The notes under the pieces were generated by a model. The model was not told where the DNA came from and ran no database searches. It saw only the letters and a program-made list of their open reading frames with translations. This document shows positions 27,209 to 38,273 of a DNA stretch of 54,094 bases, in pieces. The position numbers were made by a program, and so were the translations under genes. The first letter of the stretch is position 1, and every line of letters starts with the position of its first letter. Origin of the DNA: an uncultured archaeon (GTDB lineage Archaea; Iainarchaeota; Iainarchaeia; Iainarchaeales; Iainarchaeaceae); assembly GCA_902386385.1 (NCBI GenBank), contig CABMIU010000025.1, positions 1 through 54,094 on the forward strand, written 5' to 3'.

Positions 27209-29107
27209 ATGTTTTTCCCTGAAAAGATGTGCAAGGTAAGGGTGATAGAGCGCAAGGCCAGCCTTCGGAAGGCAATAGACTGCCTGGAGTCGTTCGGCGG
27301 CGCGGAGATAAAGAGGTTCAGTTCCGAGGAAATAGGGAACTGCCCTGCTCTCGAGGGCCTGCAGGCAGGCAACGAGAGGCTTGTGAGGCTTGATGCGATT
27401 CTTTCAGGCATGAAGGGCAATGGCCAGAGGCAGAAGCTTACAAGGAAGGAAGCAGCAGAGTTCCTGAAATCAGGGGAAGCACGACAGGCAGAGGAAAGAG
27501 CTATCGCGATAGGGATTGAGCTGGAGAAATTGCAGTCGGAAATTGACTCGGCAAAAGAGGACATTGCAAGGGTGCGTGAGTTTTCCTCTTTCGGGATAGA
27601 TTTCGGAAAAATCCAAAGCGGCAGCATTGAAATCATTGCAGGCACTGTGCAGAAAAAGGACGAGGCAAAATTCGAAAAGGCCCTCGGCCAGGAAGGGGTT
27701 CTGAAGCACACCCAGAAGCCGTCCATGAAAAATTCAGGGATGCACCTTGTTGCGGTTTTAAAAGGGGATGAGGCAACAATCCATGGCCTTTCAACGGCCG
27801 GCCTTGAGAGAATGCCAATGCCGAAAATAAACGGGACACCGCAGGCTGAAATAAAAGACGCGGAGAAAAGGATTGCCTCGCTGCAGGGAAAAATCGGAGC
27901 GCTCTCAAAAGAGCTTGCAAAAGCAGGGGAAAGGCACAGGGCACAGTTCGCGGCAGCGAGGGAGCATCTCTCAATAGAGGCGGAAAAGGCAGCGGCGCCG
28001 CAGAATTTCGGCAGCACCGGGCATTCCTTTGTCCTCGAGGCATACCTTCCGGAGAAAAATTACGGCGAATTCGAGAGAGCCGCGAGGGAAAGGATTGGGG
28101 AAAAAGTTTTCATCCAGAAGTTTTCAAGCAGCCATTTGGCGAGGCACCACGAGGAAGCCCCAACGCTCCTGAGCCACCATCCGCTGCTCGAGCCTTTCGA
28201 GTGGCTCACTAAATTCATGTCCGTGCCAAAGGGCAGCGAAATCGACCCAACAGTGATTTTCCTCATTTTCTTCCCGGTCTTTTACGGGATGATGGTGGGC
28301 GACTTCATTTACGGCATAATTTCATTCCTCATCGCGCGCTGGCTCATGCAGAAATTCCCGCCAGGCGGGATAATGAACCCTGTAGCGAAAATGTGGATGT
28401 GGAGCGCAATCCCGACAATAATATTCGGGGTCATATTCGACGAGTATGCCGGCATGAGCCACATGCACCTGCTTGAAAAGTTCGGGCTGCACGGTATCGA
28501 GCTATACACAGGAATCGAGAGGCTTACCAACATCAACCTACTGCTCACGGTGACAATCCTCGCAGGAGTATTCACAATGGCATTGGGATTCCTGCTTGGC
28601 TTCGTAAATGCGATGAAGCACGGGGAGAAAAAGCACGCGATTGCAAAGCTCGGCTGGTTCGGCATCGTGACATTCGGCACACTGGTAGTAAGCACTGCAA
28701 TGTTCAAGGCATTGCCTGAAGTCGTGCTGTTGCCCTCTGCCGCAATGTTCGTTGTTTCGCTCATTGCAATGGTGAAGCAGGAAGGCGTAATGGGGTTGAT
28801 TGAGCTTCCGGGGGTTATGGGCAACGTTCTTTCTTTTGCGCGAATACTGGCGGTTGGGCTTTCGGGAACTGTGATTGCACTTATCCTGAATGACATGGCG
28901 TTTCCCAGCCCAGACAAGGGGCTGATGGCATTGGTGCTACTGCCGCTTTTCATTTTCGGGCATGTCTTCAACGCGTTCCTCGCCATGTTTGAATCATTCA
29001 TACAGGGGGCGAGGCTCAATTACGTCGAATTTTACTCAAAATTTTTCGAGGGCGGCGGGAAGGAATTCACACCGTTCAAATTCGAGAGGAAATACCTGAA
29101 GGATTAA
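27209..29107 (+). CDS. atpI: A-type ATP synthase subunit I (a)
   Basis: PEKM, EIDPT, GMMVGD, LSFARILA and RLNYVEFYSKFFEGGG motifs. Confidence 0.95.
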   Translation: MFFPEKMCKVRVIERKASLRKAIDCLESFGGAEIKRFSSEEIGNCPALEGLQAGNERLVRLDAILSGMKGNGQRQKLTRKEAAEFLKSGEARQAEERAIAIGIELEKLQSEIDSAKEDIARVREFSSFGIDFGKIQSGSIEIIAGTVQKKDEAKFEKALGQEGVLKHTQKPSMKNSGMHLVAVLKGDEATIHGLSTAGLERMPMPKINGTPQAEIKDAEKRIASLQGKIGALSKELAKAGERHRAQFAAAREHLSIEAEKAAAPQNFGSTGHSFVLEAYLPEKNYGEFERAARERIGEKVFIQKFSSSHLARHHEEAPTLLSHHPLLEPFEWLTKFMSVPKGSEIDPTVIFLIFFPVFYGMMVGDFIYGIISFLIARWLMQKFPPGGIMNPVAKMWMWSAIPTIIFGVIFDEYAGMSHMHLLEKFGLHGIELYTGIERLTNINLLLTVTILAGVFTMALGFLLGFVNAMKHGEKKHAIAKLGWFGIVTFGTLVVSTAMFKALPEVVLLPSAAMFVVSLIAMVKQEGVMGLIELPGVMGNVLSFARILAVGLSGTVIALILNDMAFPSPDKGLMALVLLPLFIFGHVFNAFLAMFESFIQGARLNYVEFYSKFFEGGGKEFTPFKFERKYLKD

Positions 29108-29180
29108 GTGAATATCTGAATGAGTATACAGATATTGCAGATATAATCGAAAGTAAACAAAGCATCGGAGGTGCAGAGAA

Positions 29181-29405
29181 ATGGTCGCAATAGAAACAGC
29201 AGGCATGGCGGCAATAGGCGCTGGCCTGGCAATAGCAGGAGGCGCGATAGGGACTGGAATGGCACAGGCCGCAATCGGTTCCAGCGCAATGGGAGTGATA
29301 GCAGAGAAGCCGGACCAGGCATCGAAGCTGATAATCTGGGTCGCAATCCCGGAAACAATCGTGATATTCGGCTTTGTCGTGTCACTGCTGCTGGTCCTGA
29401 AGTGA
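29181..29405 (+). CDS. atpK: A-type ATP synthase subunit K (c)
   Basis: Gly/Ala-rich helical hairpin with EKP and IPET; GGAGGTG ribosome-binding site. Confidence 0.95.
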   Translation: MVAIETAGMAAIGAGLAIAGGAIGTGMAQAAIGSSAMGVIAEKPDQASKLIIWVAIPETIVIFGFVVSLLLVLK

Positions 29406-29497
29406 GGCCGGTGGCCAATAATCAATCAAATAATTAAATATTAACCAAAAAATCAGATGAAAAAAGGGAATATGATTTCGGAAAAGGGGTAATTCAG

Positions 29498-30076
29498 ATG
29501 TCTCTGGAAGAACTCAGGAAAGGCCTACTGCAGGAAGGCAAAAGCGAGGCGGCAAAGGCAAAAAGCCTTGCTGAAAAGCGGGCCTCGGAAATAATCGGGG
29601 CTGCAATGCAGGAAGCCTCGAAATTGAAGGAAAAAGCTAAGGCGAGGGCCGAAGCCGCAATAGCTTCCGAGAGGAACGAGAGGATAGGGGCAGCACAGCT
29701 CAAGGCAAAGAAAATCGTGAGCGAGGCAAAGAACAGGGTCATAGAGCAGGCGCTCGAAAAAATATGGAAGGAATTCGGGGCTGTGCCGAACAACAGGGCT
29801 GGCTACGAGAAGCTCATGAAGGGAATAATCTCAAAGGCGGAGAGGGAACTCGGAAAAGGGGCTATCGTTTCCGTCAACGCGAGGGACAAAACCCTTGCAA
29901 AGAGGCTCGCAAAGAATGTTTCAGGAGAGAATGCGGACATAGAGGGCGGGGCAATCGTTTCCAACAGTGATGGCACGGTGGCAATTGACTGCTCGCTCGA
30001 ATCAATATTCGGCCAGGACAGCGAGAAGCTGAGGAAGCTCGTGTATTACGAGCTCTTCGGGAAGGGGAGGAAATGA
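29498..30076 (+). CDS. atpE: A-type ATP synthase subunit E
   Basis: N-terminal coiled coil, IEGGAIV...IDCSLE; operon position. Confidence 0.9.
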   Translation: MSLEELRKGLLQEGKSEAAKAKSLAEKRASEIIGAAMQEASKLKEKAKARAEAAIASERNERIGAAQLKAKKIVSEAKNRVIEQALEKIWKEFGAVPNNRAGYEKLMKGIISKAERELGKGAIVSVNARDKTLAKRLAKNVSGENADIEGGAIVSNSDGTVAIDCSLESIFGQDSEKLRKLVYYELFGKGRK

Positions 30077-30169
30077 AGCAGGTTGCAGGAGCCTTTGAGG
30101 CAAGGCGGGATAATACAAGGCGTGACGAGGCAATGCATTGAATGGAAGATTCAGGCAATTGGTGTTGTT

Positions 30170-31243
30170 ATGGGGATGAATCTGCGCTCTTCGCTGATGT
30201 ACAGGGTAATGGCTTTCGGCTATGCTAACGCGCGCGTCAAGGCAATGAAGCAGGGCCTCCTAAGCCAGAGGGAAATGGACACTCTGATGGCGGCAAAGGG
30301 CGTCGGGGAAGTGTTTGCTGCACTGGAGAAAACAAGCTACAGGCAGGACCTTGTCGCGAGTGCCCTGAGGGAAAAGAGCCTCGCGGACCAGATTGAACTT
30401 GCGGCAACAAAGAATTTCTCGGCAGTGCTTAGGAGGATAGTTAGGATAACCCCGAAGGAAGCAAAGGGAATGGTGCTCGCGCTCTTCGACAGGTATGAAA
30501 TCAACAACATCAAGATAGTGCTTCTCGCAAAGCATCTCGGCCAGAACAGGGAGCAGTACAACCAGTTCCTCATGGAGATAGGCATCCTCTCAAGGGGAAA
30601 ATTCGCGAAAATGCTCGAGGCAAAAGGCGTGAGGGAAACCGTCATTGAACTCGCGGGCACGCCTTATGGAAAGGTCCTTTCAAAGGCAATGAAGGAGTAT
30701 GAAAAGGACAGGGACACAGGCCATATGCTCTCCGCGTTGGACAATTATTATTACGCGAGGCTCTCGGGTGCCGGGGCAGGACCATTCTGGGACGAGAGGG
30801 CGATAATGAAAATGCTGAAGGCACAGGCTGATGCAAAGAACATTTCTAGCATACTCAGGTCAAAGAAAGAGGGCTTTGGCGAGGAAAGGATAATGAAGGG
30901 AGTAATGTTCACGGGAAACATGGGCCGGGAAAGGCTAAGGCAGGCCGCGGGGGCGAAGAATGTGGAGGAATCAGCAAAGCTCCTCGATAGGGGGCTAGGC
31001 CTTTCAAAGGCAATGGAGTCATTCAGGAAGACAGGCAGCCTGATTCCGGTAGAGACCGCCGCGGAAAAAGGCGTTGCAAAGAAAGGCCTCAAAATACTGA
31101 GGAACAGTGTTCTGTCAATCGGCGCAATAGTGGGCCTTGTCCTTCTCAAGGAGGAAGAGGTTTCAAACATACGGAAAATCGTGAGGGCAAAGGAATTCTC
31201 GCTTCCGATGGAACAGTTGCAGGAGATGATTGTACAAGTCTGA
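30170..31243 (+). CDS. atpC: A-type ATP synthase subunit C
   Basis: YANARVKAM, NIKIVL, LDNYYY and KEEEVSNIRKI motifs. Confidence 0.92.
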   Translation: MGMNLRSSLMYRVMAFGYANARVKAMKQGLLSQREMDTLMAAKGVGEVFAALEKTSYRQDLVASALREKSLADQIELAATKNFSAVLRRIVRITPKEAKGMVLALFDRYEINNIKIVLLAKHLGQNREQYNQFLMEIGILSRGKFAKMLEAKGVRETVIELAGTPYGKVLSKAMKEYEKDRDTGHMLSALDNYYYARLSGAGAGPFWDERAIMKMLKAQADAKNISSILRSKKEGFGEERIMKGVMFTGNMGRERLRQAAGAKNVEESAKLLDRGLGLSKAMESFRKTGSLIPVETAAEKGVAKKGLKILRNSVLSIGAIVGLVLLKEEEVSNIRKIVRAKEFSLPMEQLQEMIVQV

Positions 31244-31245
31244 TA

Positions 31246-31349
31246 CAAGCTTTTTCCTTTTCCCGGAAAGACCTTGTCCCCTTTGGTACGAGGCCTCGGC
31301 CCTCTAGGGCCGAGGAAAGTAAAAAGCTTGAGCAAAAAGGAAAAGAACC
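31246..31349. repeat. Intergenic multi-hairpin element, copy 2 (related to 6839-6941)
   Basis: CAAGCTTTTTcCTTT/AAAGtAAAAAGCTTG encloses CCTTGTCCCCTTTGGTACGAGG and CCTCGGCCCT-CT-AGGGCCGAGG, followed by CAAAAAGGAAAAGAAC. Confidence 0.65.
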
Positions 31350-31356
31350 GGGATGA

Positions 31357-31704
31357 ATGGTGTTTATGGAAAAAAACGATGTTGCACTCGTGAAGATTGT
31401 CGTCGTTGCAGACGGCCCCACTTGCACTGGCTTCAGACTTGCGGGCATACAGGAAATTTTTCCGAGGGAAGGCCGCGAAGCGGAGGCAAAAATAGAGGAG
31501 CTGCTGGGCACCGAAGACACAGGGATTATAATCACCAGCGAGGCAATAATGGAAAAGATGGATTGGCGCCTCAAGAAGCGCATTGAGAGGCAGGCCAAGC
31601 CGGTGGTGATAGCGGTGCCGGACAAGGGCGGGCCAGTTGCAGGGGAAGCGGACTCGCTGAAGAGCCAGATAAAGAAGGCACTGGGATTCGAGATTATGGC
31701 ATGA
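31357..31704 (+). CDS. atpF: A-type ATP synthase subunit F
   Basis: GFRLAGI, PVVIAVP and IKKALG motifs; start uncertain. Confidence 0.92.
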   Translation: MVFMEKNDVALVKIVVVADGPTCTGFRLAGIQEIFPREGREAEAKIEELLGTEDTGIIITSEAIMEKMDWRLKKRIERQAKPVVIAVPDKGGPVAGEADSLKSQIKKALGFEIMA

Positions 31705-31730
31705 GCCAAGTGAGGGGAGAGGTGAAAAGA

Positions 31731-33491
31731 ATGGGAGAACTGAGGAAGATAAGCGGCCCCGTCGTCATCGGGGAGAAAATGCTCGGCGCGAAAATGTACG
31801 ACGTTGTGAAGGTCGGCGAGCTGCAGCTAATAGGCGAAATAATAAAGCTCAGCGCTGACACCGCGACAATTCAGGTTTACGAGGACACTTCAGGCCTCAA
31901 GCCGGGCCAGGTAATCGAGAACACGGAAATGCCCCTCTCCGTGGAGCTCGGCCCAGGCCTGCTCGAGTCAATTTATGACGGAATACAGAGGCCCCTCAAC
32001 GAGATAATGCGGAAAACAGGCGGATTCATAGGCCGCGGAGTAACGGCAAATGCGCTTGACAGGCACAAGAAATGGGAATTCACCCCTACAGCAAAGAAAG
32101 GGGACAGCGTGCACGGCGGAGACATAATAGGTGAAGTCCAGGAAACCGAAATAATCACGCACAGGGTAATGGTGCCCCATGGGATAAAGGGCGAAATAGC
32201 CGAGATAAAGAAAGGCACCTATACTGTCGAGGACACCGTAGCAGTTGTAAAGGACGGCTCACAGAAGCATGAGATAAAGCTTATGCAGAAATGGGAAGTA
32301 AGGAGGCCGAGGCCGTGCAGGGAAAAGCTCGCGCCGACAACCCCGCTTGTAACGGGGCAGAGGATACTTGACACGTTCTTCCCGATTGCGAAGGGCGGGG
32401 TTGCAGCAATACCGGGGCCGTTCGGCTCGGGCAAGACTGTCACGCAGCAATCGCTCGCAAAGTGGAGCGACGCGCAGATAATTGTCTACATCGGCTGCGG
32501 CGAGCGCGGCAACGAAATGACCGAAGTGCTCACGGAATTCCCGGAACTCATTGACCCGAAGACAAAGAAGCCGCTGATGCAGAGGACCGTGCTCATTGCA
32601 AACACCTCGAACATGCCGGTCGCTGCGCGCGAAGCTTCTGTTTACACAGGAATAACAATCGCGGAATATTACAGGGACATGGGGTATGACGTGGCGCTCA
32701 TGGCTGATTCCACCTCAAGGTGGGCAGAGGCGATGAGGGAGATTTCAGGAAGGATTGAAGAAATGCCAGGGGAAGAGGGGTATCCCGCATACCTCGCGAG
32801 GCGCCTCGCGGAATTTTACGAGCGGGCAGGAAGGGTAATCTGCCTCTCAAAGAAGGAAAGGTTCGGCTCCGTGTCGGTCATTGGGGCGGTTTCCCCGCCA
32901 GGGGGGGACATCTCGGAGCCTGTTTCGCAGAACACCCTGCGTGTCACAAAGGTGTTCTGGGCGCTTGACGCAAAGCTCGCGCAGAGAAGGCATTTCCCCG
33001 CAATCAACTGGCTGAAGAGCTATTCGCTATACACCGACTCGCTTGACGCGACATACGCAAAGAACGTTTCAAAGGAATGGGCGGACAACAGGAAAAGGGC
33101 GATGGCATTGCTCCAGAAGGAAGCCGAGCTGCAGGAAATCGTGCAGCTTGTAGGGCCGGACGCCCTGCCTGAAAAGGAGCAGGCAATCCTCGACGCGACA
33201 AGGATGATAAGGGAGGATTTCCTCCAGCAGTCGGCATACAGCGATGTCGACGCTTCCTCATCGCTGGAAAAGCAGTTCCTGATGCTTGGAAAAATCCTTG
33301 TCTTCCATGACAGGGGCCTCAGGTGCCTTGAAGCAGGAGCCCAGCTGAAGGCAATAACTGGCCTCAAGGTAAGGGAAGAGATTGCGAGGATGAAGGAAGT
33401 GCCTGAAAAGGACATGGAAAAGAGGGCGATAGAGATTGAAAAGGAAATGAATTCACAGTTCGATAAAATAACAAGCGAGGCAAAAAGGTGA
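31731..33491 (+). CDS. atpA: A-type ATP synthase subunit A (no intein)
   Basis: [25 protein letters not shown] and PGEEGYP motifs; GAGGTGA ribosome-binding site. Confidence 0.98.
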   Translation: MGELRKISGPVVIGEKMLGAKMYDVVKVGELQLIGEIIKLSADTATIQVYEDTSGLKPGQVIENTEMPLSVELGPGLLESIYDGIQRPLNEIMRKTGGFIGRGVTANALDRHKKWEFTPTAKKGDSVHGGDIIGEVQETEIITHRVMVPHGIKGEIAEIKKGTYTVEDTVAVVKDGSQKHEIKLMQKWEVRRPRPCREKLAPTTPLVTGQRILDTFFPIAKGGVAAIPGPFGSGKTVTQQSLAKWSDAQIIVYIGCGERGNEMTEVLTEFPELIDPKTKKPLMQRTVLIANTSNMPVAAREASVYTGITIAEYYRDMGYDVALMADSTSRWAEAMREISGRIEEMPGEEGYPAYLARRLAEFYERAGRVICLSKKERFGSVSVIGAVSPPGGDISEPVSQNTLRVTKVFWALDAKLAQRRHFPAINWLKSYSLYTDSLDATYAKNVSKEWADNRKRAMALLQKEAELQEIVQLVGPDALPEKEQAILDATRMIREDFLQQSAYSDVDASSSLEKQFLMLGKILVFHDRGLRCLEAGAQLKAITGLKVREEIARMKEVPEKDMEKRAIEIEKEMNSQFDKITSEAKR

Positions 33492-33495
33492 GCAC

Positions 33496-34893
33496 ATGGC
33501 AGGGATGATAAAGGAGTACCAGACAGTGAAGAGCGTCGAGGGCCCGATCGTCTTCGTGGAAAAAGTCGAGAACGTGGGCTACAACGAGATAGTTGAAGTG
33601 AAACTCCCCAACGGGGAAAAGAGGAAAGGCCAAGTGCTCGAGACCTCGAAAGGCCTCGTGGTGATACAGATATTCGGGGTGACAACCGGCCTTGATGTAC
33701 AGAAGACCAAGGTAAAGTTCCTCGGCGAGACGATGAGGCTCGGTGTTTCGGAGGAAATGCTCGGAAGGGTATTCAACGGCCTCGGGGAGCCGATAGACAA
33801 GGGGCCGCCCGTGATTGCCGAGAAGAAAATAGACATCAACGGCGCCGCGATAAACCCTGTCGCGCGAATCAAGCCATCTGATTTCATACAGACCGGAATG
33901 AGCACGATAGACGGCCTGAATACGCTGGTGAGGGGCCAGAAGCTCCCTATATTCTCCGGGGCGGGACTGCCGCACAACGAGCTAGCGGTGCAGATTGCTA
34001 GGCAGGCAAAGGTCAAGGCAAAAGGCGAGAGCTTTGCAGTTGTCTTTGCGGCGGTCGGGATAACGCATGAAGAGGCAAGCTTCTTCATGAAGGACTTTGA
34101 AAGGACAGGCGCCCTCGAAAGGAGCGTGCTTTTCCTCAACCTCGCGGATGACCCGAGCGTCGAGAGGATAATCACGCCGAGGATGGCGCTCACGACAGCG
34201 GAATACCTCGCTTTCGAGAAGAACATGCACGTGCTCGTCATAATAACGGACATGACGAACTACTGCGAAGCCCTGCGCGAAATCGCAGGGGCAAGGAAAG
34301 AGGTGCCCGGAAGGCGCGGCTATCCCGGGTACATGTACACGGACCTTTCGACAATATATGAGAGGGCGGGAATGATAAAAGGCAAGAAAGGCTCGGTGAC
34401 ACAGTTCCCGATACTGACAATGCCCTCGGATGACATCACTCACCCGATACCTGACCTCACGGGGTATATCACAGAAGGCCAAATCGTCGTTTCGAGGGAA
34501 CTGCACAGGAAAGGAATCTACCCGCCGATTGACGTGCTGCCTTGCCTCTCGAGGCTGATGAACCTCGGCATTGGCAAGGAAAAAACCCGCGAGGACCACC
34601 GCGGGGTCGCTGACCAGCTTTATGCAGCATACGCGACAGGAAGGGACCTCCGGAGTCTGAGCGCAATCGTTGGCGAGGAAGCGCTCGGGGAAACCGACAG
34701 GAAATACCTGAAATTCGCGGATGAATTCGAGAAGCGCTTCATAAGGCAGGCAAAGGACGAGGACAGGACAATAGAGCAGACGCTCGACCTCGGATGGGAA
34801 CTCTTCGCGATGCTGCCTGAAAAGGAGCTCAAGAGGGTGAAGCTCGAATACATAGAGAAATATGGAAAGAAGTACAGGAAAGAGGAGAAGTAA
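33496..34893 (+). CDS. atpB: A-type ATP synthase subunit B
   Basis: [28 protein letters not shown] and GYITEGQ motifs. Confidence 0.98.
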   Translation: MAGMIKEYQTVKSVEGPIVFVEKVENVGYNEIVEVKLPNGEKRKGQVLETSKGLVVIQIFGVTTGLDVQKTKVKFLGETMRLGVSEEMLGRVFNGLGEPIDKGPPVIAEKKIDINGAAINPVARIKPSDFIQTGMSTIDGLNTLVRGQKLPIFSGAGLPHNELAVQIARQAKVKAKGESFAVVFAAVGITHEEASFFMKDFERTGALERSVLFLNLADDPSVERIITPRMALTTAEYLAFEKNMHVLVIITDMTNYCEALREIAGARKEVPGRRGYPGYMYTDLSTIYERAGMIKGKKGSVTQFPILTMPSDDITHPIPDLTGYITEGQIVVSRELHRKGIYPPIDVLPCLSRLMNLGIGKEKTREDHRGVADQLYAAYATGRDLRSLSAIVGEEALGETDRKYLKFADEFEKRFIRQAKDEDRTIEQTLDLGWELFAMLPEKELKRVKLEYIEKYGKKYRKEEK

Positions 34894-34994
34894 TCTGGGC
34901 AGGATAAAACCCAAAACCAAAAAAGTCAGACGCCCGACGGCTTGCGACCTCGGGCAAATTTTGGGCATAGGCAAAGCGGTTAGGCGTGATTTGG

Positions 34995-35630
34995 ATGGCT
35001 GAAGACGTCAAGACAACGCGATTGGAGCTCATAGAGACTCGCAACAAAATCCGCCTCGCCGAGAACGGCCACAAGCTGCTCAAGCAGAAGCGCGATGTCC
35101 TCGTGCTGGAGTTTTTCAAGATACTCAAGGAGGCAAAGGACCAGCGCAAGGAACTGAATGGAAGGATGCAGAACGCATTCAATGCCCTCGCGGTCGCGCA
35201 GGCGCACCACGGCGTGCTAGAGGTAGAAAGCATCGCAATGTCGGTGAAGCGCGCACCACTCATCGATGTCAAGCCAAAGAATGTCATGGGCGTCCACATC
35301 CCAGCGATAAAAGGCGAATACGTCTCGAAAACTCTCAGCCAGCGCGGCTACAGCATTGCCGGCTCATCAGCGAAAATAGACGAGGCCGCGGAAGGCTTCG
35401 AGAAGGCGCTGGAGATAATACTCAAGCTCGCTGAAACCGAGAACGCGCTCAAGAGGCTCATAAAGGAAATCGAGAAAACCAAGAGGCGCGTGAACGCGCT
35501 CGACTATGTCATGATTCCCAACCTGAAAAGCACGGCGAAGTACATAATAATGCGCCTAGAGGAAATGGAGCGCGAATCATTCATCTCACTCAAGACAATA
35601 AAAGCCAGGCTCGAAAAGGAAACGGCCTGA
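34995..35630 (+). CDS. atpD: A-type ATP synthase subunit D
   Basis: TRLEL, LLKQKRD, TKRRVNAL and LEEMERE motifs. Confidence 0.96.
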   Translation: MAEDVKTTRLELIETRNKIRLAENGHKLLKQKRDVLVLEFFKILKEAKDQRKELNGRMQNAFNALAVAQAHHGVLEVESIAMSVKRAPLIDVKPKNVMGVHIPAIKGEYVSKTLSQRGYSIAGSSAKIDEAAEGFEKALEIILKLAETENALKRLIKEIEKTKRRVNALDYVMIPNLKSTAKYIIMRLEEMERESFISLKTIKARLEKETA

Positions 35631-35656
35631 GCACCTGCCGAGAACCAATAGCATAT

Positions 35657-36406
35657 TCAGCTGGTTTTTTTGGAAACCTGCCACAGCATCTCAAAATACT
35701 TCCTGTAAGCATCAGCAATATCCTTGTTTACCATGACAAAGCAGAGCGGGTAATCGCCTTTCCAGAGTACGTTCACTACCCTGTCGCCGAAAATATTGAT
35801 TACCGCGGGGTTGGAAATATGCGGTGGCAGGAACCTGCTTTCAGCATGATAAGGCCTCTTTGCCATTGGCGAGTTTTTTGCATCCGCCTTGTAAAGAATT
35901 CTTATTTTAATCCCGAGCCTTTTTCTCTCGCTATTCCATTTCTCAAAGAACACAGGCAGTACCTTGTCCTCGCGTGCAATGGCGCCAATCATCAGGTGCT
36001 CGCCCTTCGCATGCTTGAGCAAATCCCGCCTCATCGCCTTGAAACCCTCAACGCCCTGTAATATGTATGCCTCCGCAGTAGGTTTTGTTTCGCGGAATTT
36101 GTTCAGTTCAGGAATATGCCCCCTAATTTTTGTTATTTTATTTTCAAGCGAAATCTTTTCCTCTTCCAGGACATCAACTATCTTCTCGGAGGAGGTTGCC
36201 TCGAAATATGTGACATTCCCCTTTTTCACGAAGCTCACAAGCCCCTTTTCCACGAGCCGATTTAGCCCCTCATACACCCTTGAGCGGTGAAGACCGGTTT
36301 CAAAGGTTATCCTGCCTGAAGCAGCGGAGCCGAGCATAAGCAGGGCCGAATAAATCTTTATCTCGTTCTGCGTAAGCCCAAGTTCCTGCAAAAAACCAAA
36401 GTCCAC
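35657..36406 (-). CDS. TrmB-family transcriptional regulator
   Basis: LGLTQNEIKIY...RSRVYEGLNRLVEKGLV HTH and a C-terminal YFEMLW. GTG start about 24 nt after a TATA box. Confidence 0.88.
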   Translation of the reverse strand: MDFGFLQELGLTQNEIKIYSALLMLGSAASGRITFETGLHRSRVYEGLNRLVEKGLVSFVKKGNVTYFEATSSEKIVDVLEEEKISLENKITKIRGHIPELNKFRETKPTAEAYILQGVEGFKAMRRDLLKHAKGEHLMIGAIAREDKVLPVFFEKWNSERKRLGIKIRILYKADAKNSPMAKRPYHAESRFLPPHISNPAVINIFGDRVVNVLWKGDYPLCFVMVNKDIADAYRKYFEMLWQVSKKTS

Positions 36407-36517
36407 GCCAATATAACAATCCGCCAAAATTATAAATCTTGCTTTTGTGTCCTCCTCAAAAAGGAAGACACACATATATGAATCGCCGCACTGCATTCAT
36501 TGCAGGGGGATTGAAAA

Positions 36518-37516
36518 ATGGATGAACTGTCAAAAATCACAGTGTTGCTTTCACTTGCAATTTTTGCAATTATAATCGGCTTTGGTGGATGCACTTCACA
36601 GCAGAATCCGCAGGAAAACAGCCAGGCAAGCGGTAGCCATGTGCTTATCGGGCTGCAGATGACTCCTGCCAGTACCTTGGTGCAGGTCGCAGATGAAAAA
36701 GGCTTTTTCAAGAAGAACGGGATTGACGTTGAAATAAAGGAATTCACCGCGGGAAAATTCGCTTTTCAGGCACTCCTAGCGAACAGCGTGGACTTTGCTG
36801 TTGTCGGGGACATCCCTGTGGCGCTAGCTAAAATGCAGGGCAATGAGTTTTATGTTGTGTCCGAAGTTGGAGGAAACCGCAATGAGGCTCCGCTCCTTGT
36901 TGCGGATGACAACTCGAAAACAATGGAGGAATTCTTTTCAAAGAAAAGGAAAATAGCCACTTCTATAGGCGGAACGCCAGAATTTTCCCTTTACCTGAAC
37001 TTAAAGGAGCACAATGTAAGCAAAGAAAATGTGGAAATCATTTCCCAGAAGCCTGAGGAAATGATTGGAGCTTTTTCAAATGGGTCTGTTGACGGCATAA
37101 ACATTTTCGAGCCATACCCAACAATTGCGGAGGAAAAAAGCGGTAGGCAAACAAAAAGATTTGCCCTTCCAGCAGAAATTTACACTGCAAGATACCTCTT
37201 GACTTCCAGAAAAGACCTTGCCGACAAGAATCCGGAAACTGTGAAGGCAGTCCTCAAGTCTCTCAAAGAAGCTGAAACATTTGTCAGGGAAAATCCTGAA
37301 GAGGCAAAAGCATTAGTGTCTAAGCGTACAAAGTTCGATAGGGCGATAATAGAAAAAATATGGGGCGACTTTGACTTCAGCGTTCCAATCACCGAACAGT
37401 TATCCAAAAACCTTGAAATGGAAAGCAAATGGGCAGTTGAAACCGGAAAAGCAAAGCCGGGAAACACCGATTTCTCGCCAATAATGCGGAAGGACCTGCT
37501 TGCAGGCGCAGGCTGA
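36518..37516 (+). CDS. ABC transporter substrate-binding lipoprotein (SsuA/TauA/NMT1 type)
   Basis: Lipobox-like FGGC; KGFFKKNGIDV and FEPY motifs. Confidence 0.88.
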   Translation: MDELSKITVLLSLAIFAIIIGFGGCTSQQNPQENSQASGSHVLIGLQMTPASTLVQVADEKGFFKKNGIDVEIKEFTAGKFAFQALLANSVDFAVVGDIPVALAKMQGNEFYVVSEVGGNRNEAPLLVADDNSKTMEEFFSKKRKIATSIGGTPEFSLYLNLKEHNVSKENVEIISQKPEEMIGAFSNGSVDGINIFEPYPTIAEEKSGRQTKRFALPAEIYTARYLLTSRKDLADKNPETVKAVLKSLKEAETFVRENPEEAKALVSKRTKFDRAIIEKIWGDFDFSVPITEQLSKNLEMESKWAVETGKAKPGNTDFSPIMRKDLLAGAG

Positions 37517-37517
37517 G

Positions 37518-38273
37518 ATGGTTCGGATGAAAATCAACTGGAAGGCCGCTGCCTCCCTCGCTATCGCCATTCTTTTATGGGCCGCAATCTCAGATGTTGG
37601 GATAGTGCAGAAGAGCCTTTTTCCCGGGCCGGAAAAGGTACTTGATGCCGCCATTGAATGGTGCGCTGGAGGAAGGATGGCAGAAGATGTTTTCAGCAGC
37701 CTTTGGAGAATAACTGCAGGTATAATAATCGGCTCTGTCATTGGCGTGGGCGCCGGCCTACTTACAGGCAGGATTGTCTTGTTGGAGGAATCTGTTGGCC
37801 CTCTTTTTCACATGCTAAGGGCTTTCCCGCCAGTTGCAATGGTCCCGCTGGTCATCTTGTGGTTCGGGATAGGCGACACAGCAAAAGTGTTCTCAATATC
37901 TTTTGCAGTATTTTTCACTGCATGGCTGAGCGCATTAATCGGCACAAAAGCCATTAATTCCGACTACATTAAAACCGCTAAGGTTTTCTCCAAATCCGCA
38001 AAGGAAACATATGAAAAAGTCATTTTCCCGGCAATTGTCCCTTTCATTGTGAATGGTATAAGGGTCTGGATAGGAACTACTTACACTCTTGTTTTTGTCA
38101 GCGAAATGGCCGGCGCATCTTCGGGAATAGGCTACCAGATTGCAATCTCGCAGATAACTTACCGCGCTGACATGATGATTGCCGGACTCCTTGTGCTTGG
38201 AATCCTAGCTTATTCTACAGACTTCTTTTTCGTGGCTCTTTCAAGAAGGGTTTTCCACTGGGCTGATTTGTAA
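37518..38273 (+). CDS. ABC transporter permease (SsuC/TauC type)
   Basis: PGP, SLWRI, PPVAMVPLVILWFG and SEMAGASSGIG motifs. Confidence 0.9.
   Translation: MVRMKINWKAAASLAIAILLWAAISDVGIVQKSLFPGPEKVLDAAIEWCAGGRMAEDVFSSLWRITAGIIIGSVIGVGAGLLTGRIVLLEESVGPLFHMLRAFPPVAMVPLVILWFGIGDTAKVFSISFAVFFTAWLSALIGTKAINSDYIKTAKVFSKSAKETYEKVIFPAIVPFIVNGIRVWIGTTYTLVFVSEMAGASSGIGYQIAISQITYRADMMIAGLLVLGILAYSTDFFFVALSRRVFHWADL

Noticed and set aside
26881..28017. Long antisense ORFs over atpI, atpB (33982-34974) and pdxS (1467-2376)
   Set aside because: Shadows of conserved genes on the opposite strand with no recognisable motifs.
31731..33491. Intein in ATP synthase subunit A
   Set aside because: Normal length, and the [12 protein letters not shown] region is uninterrupted.
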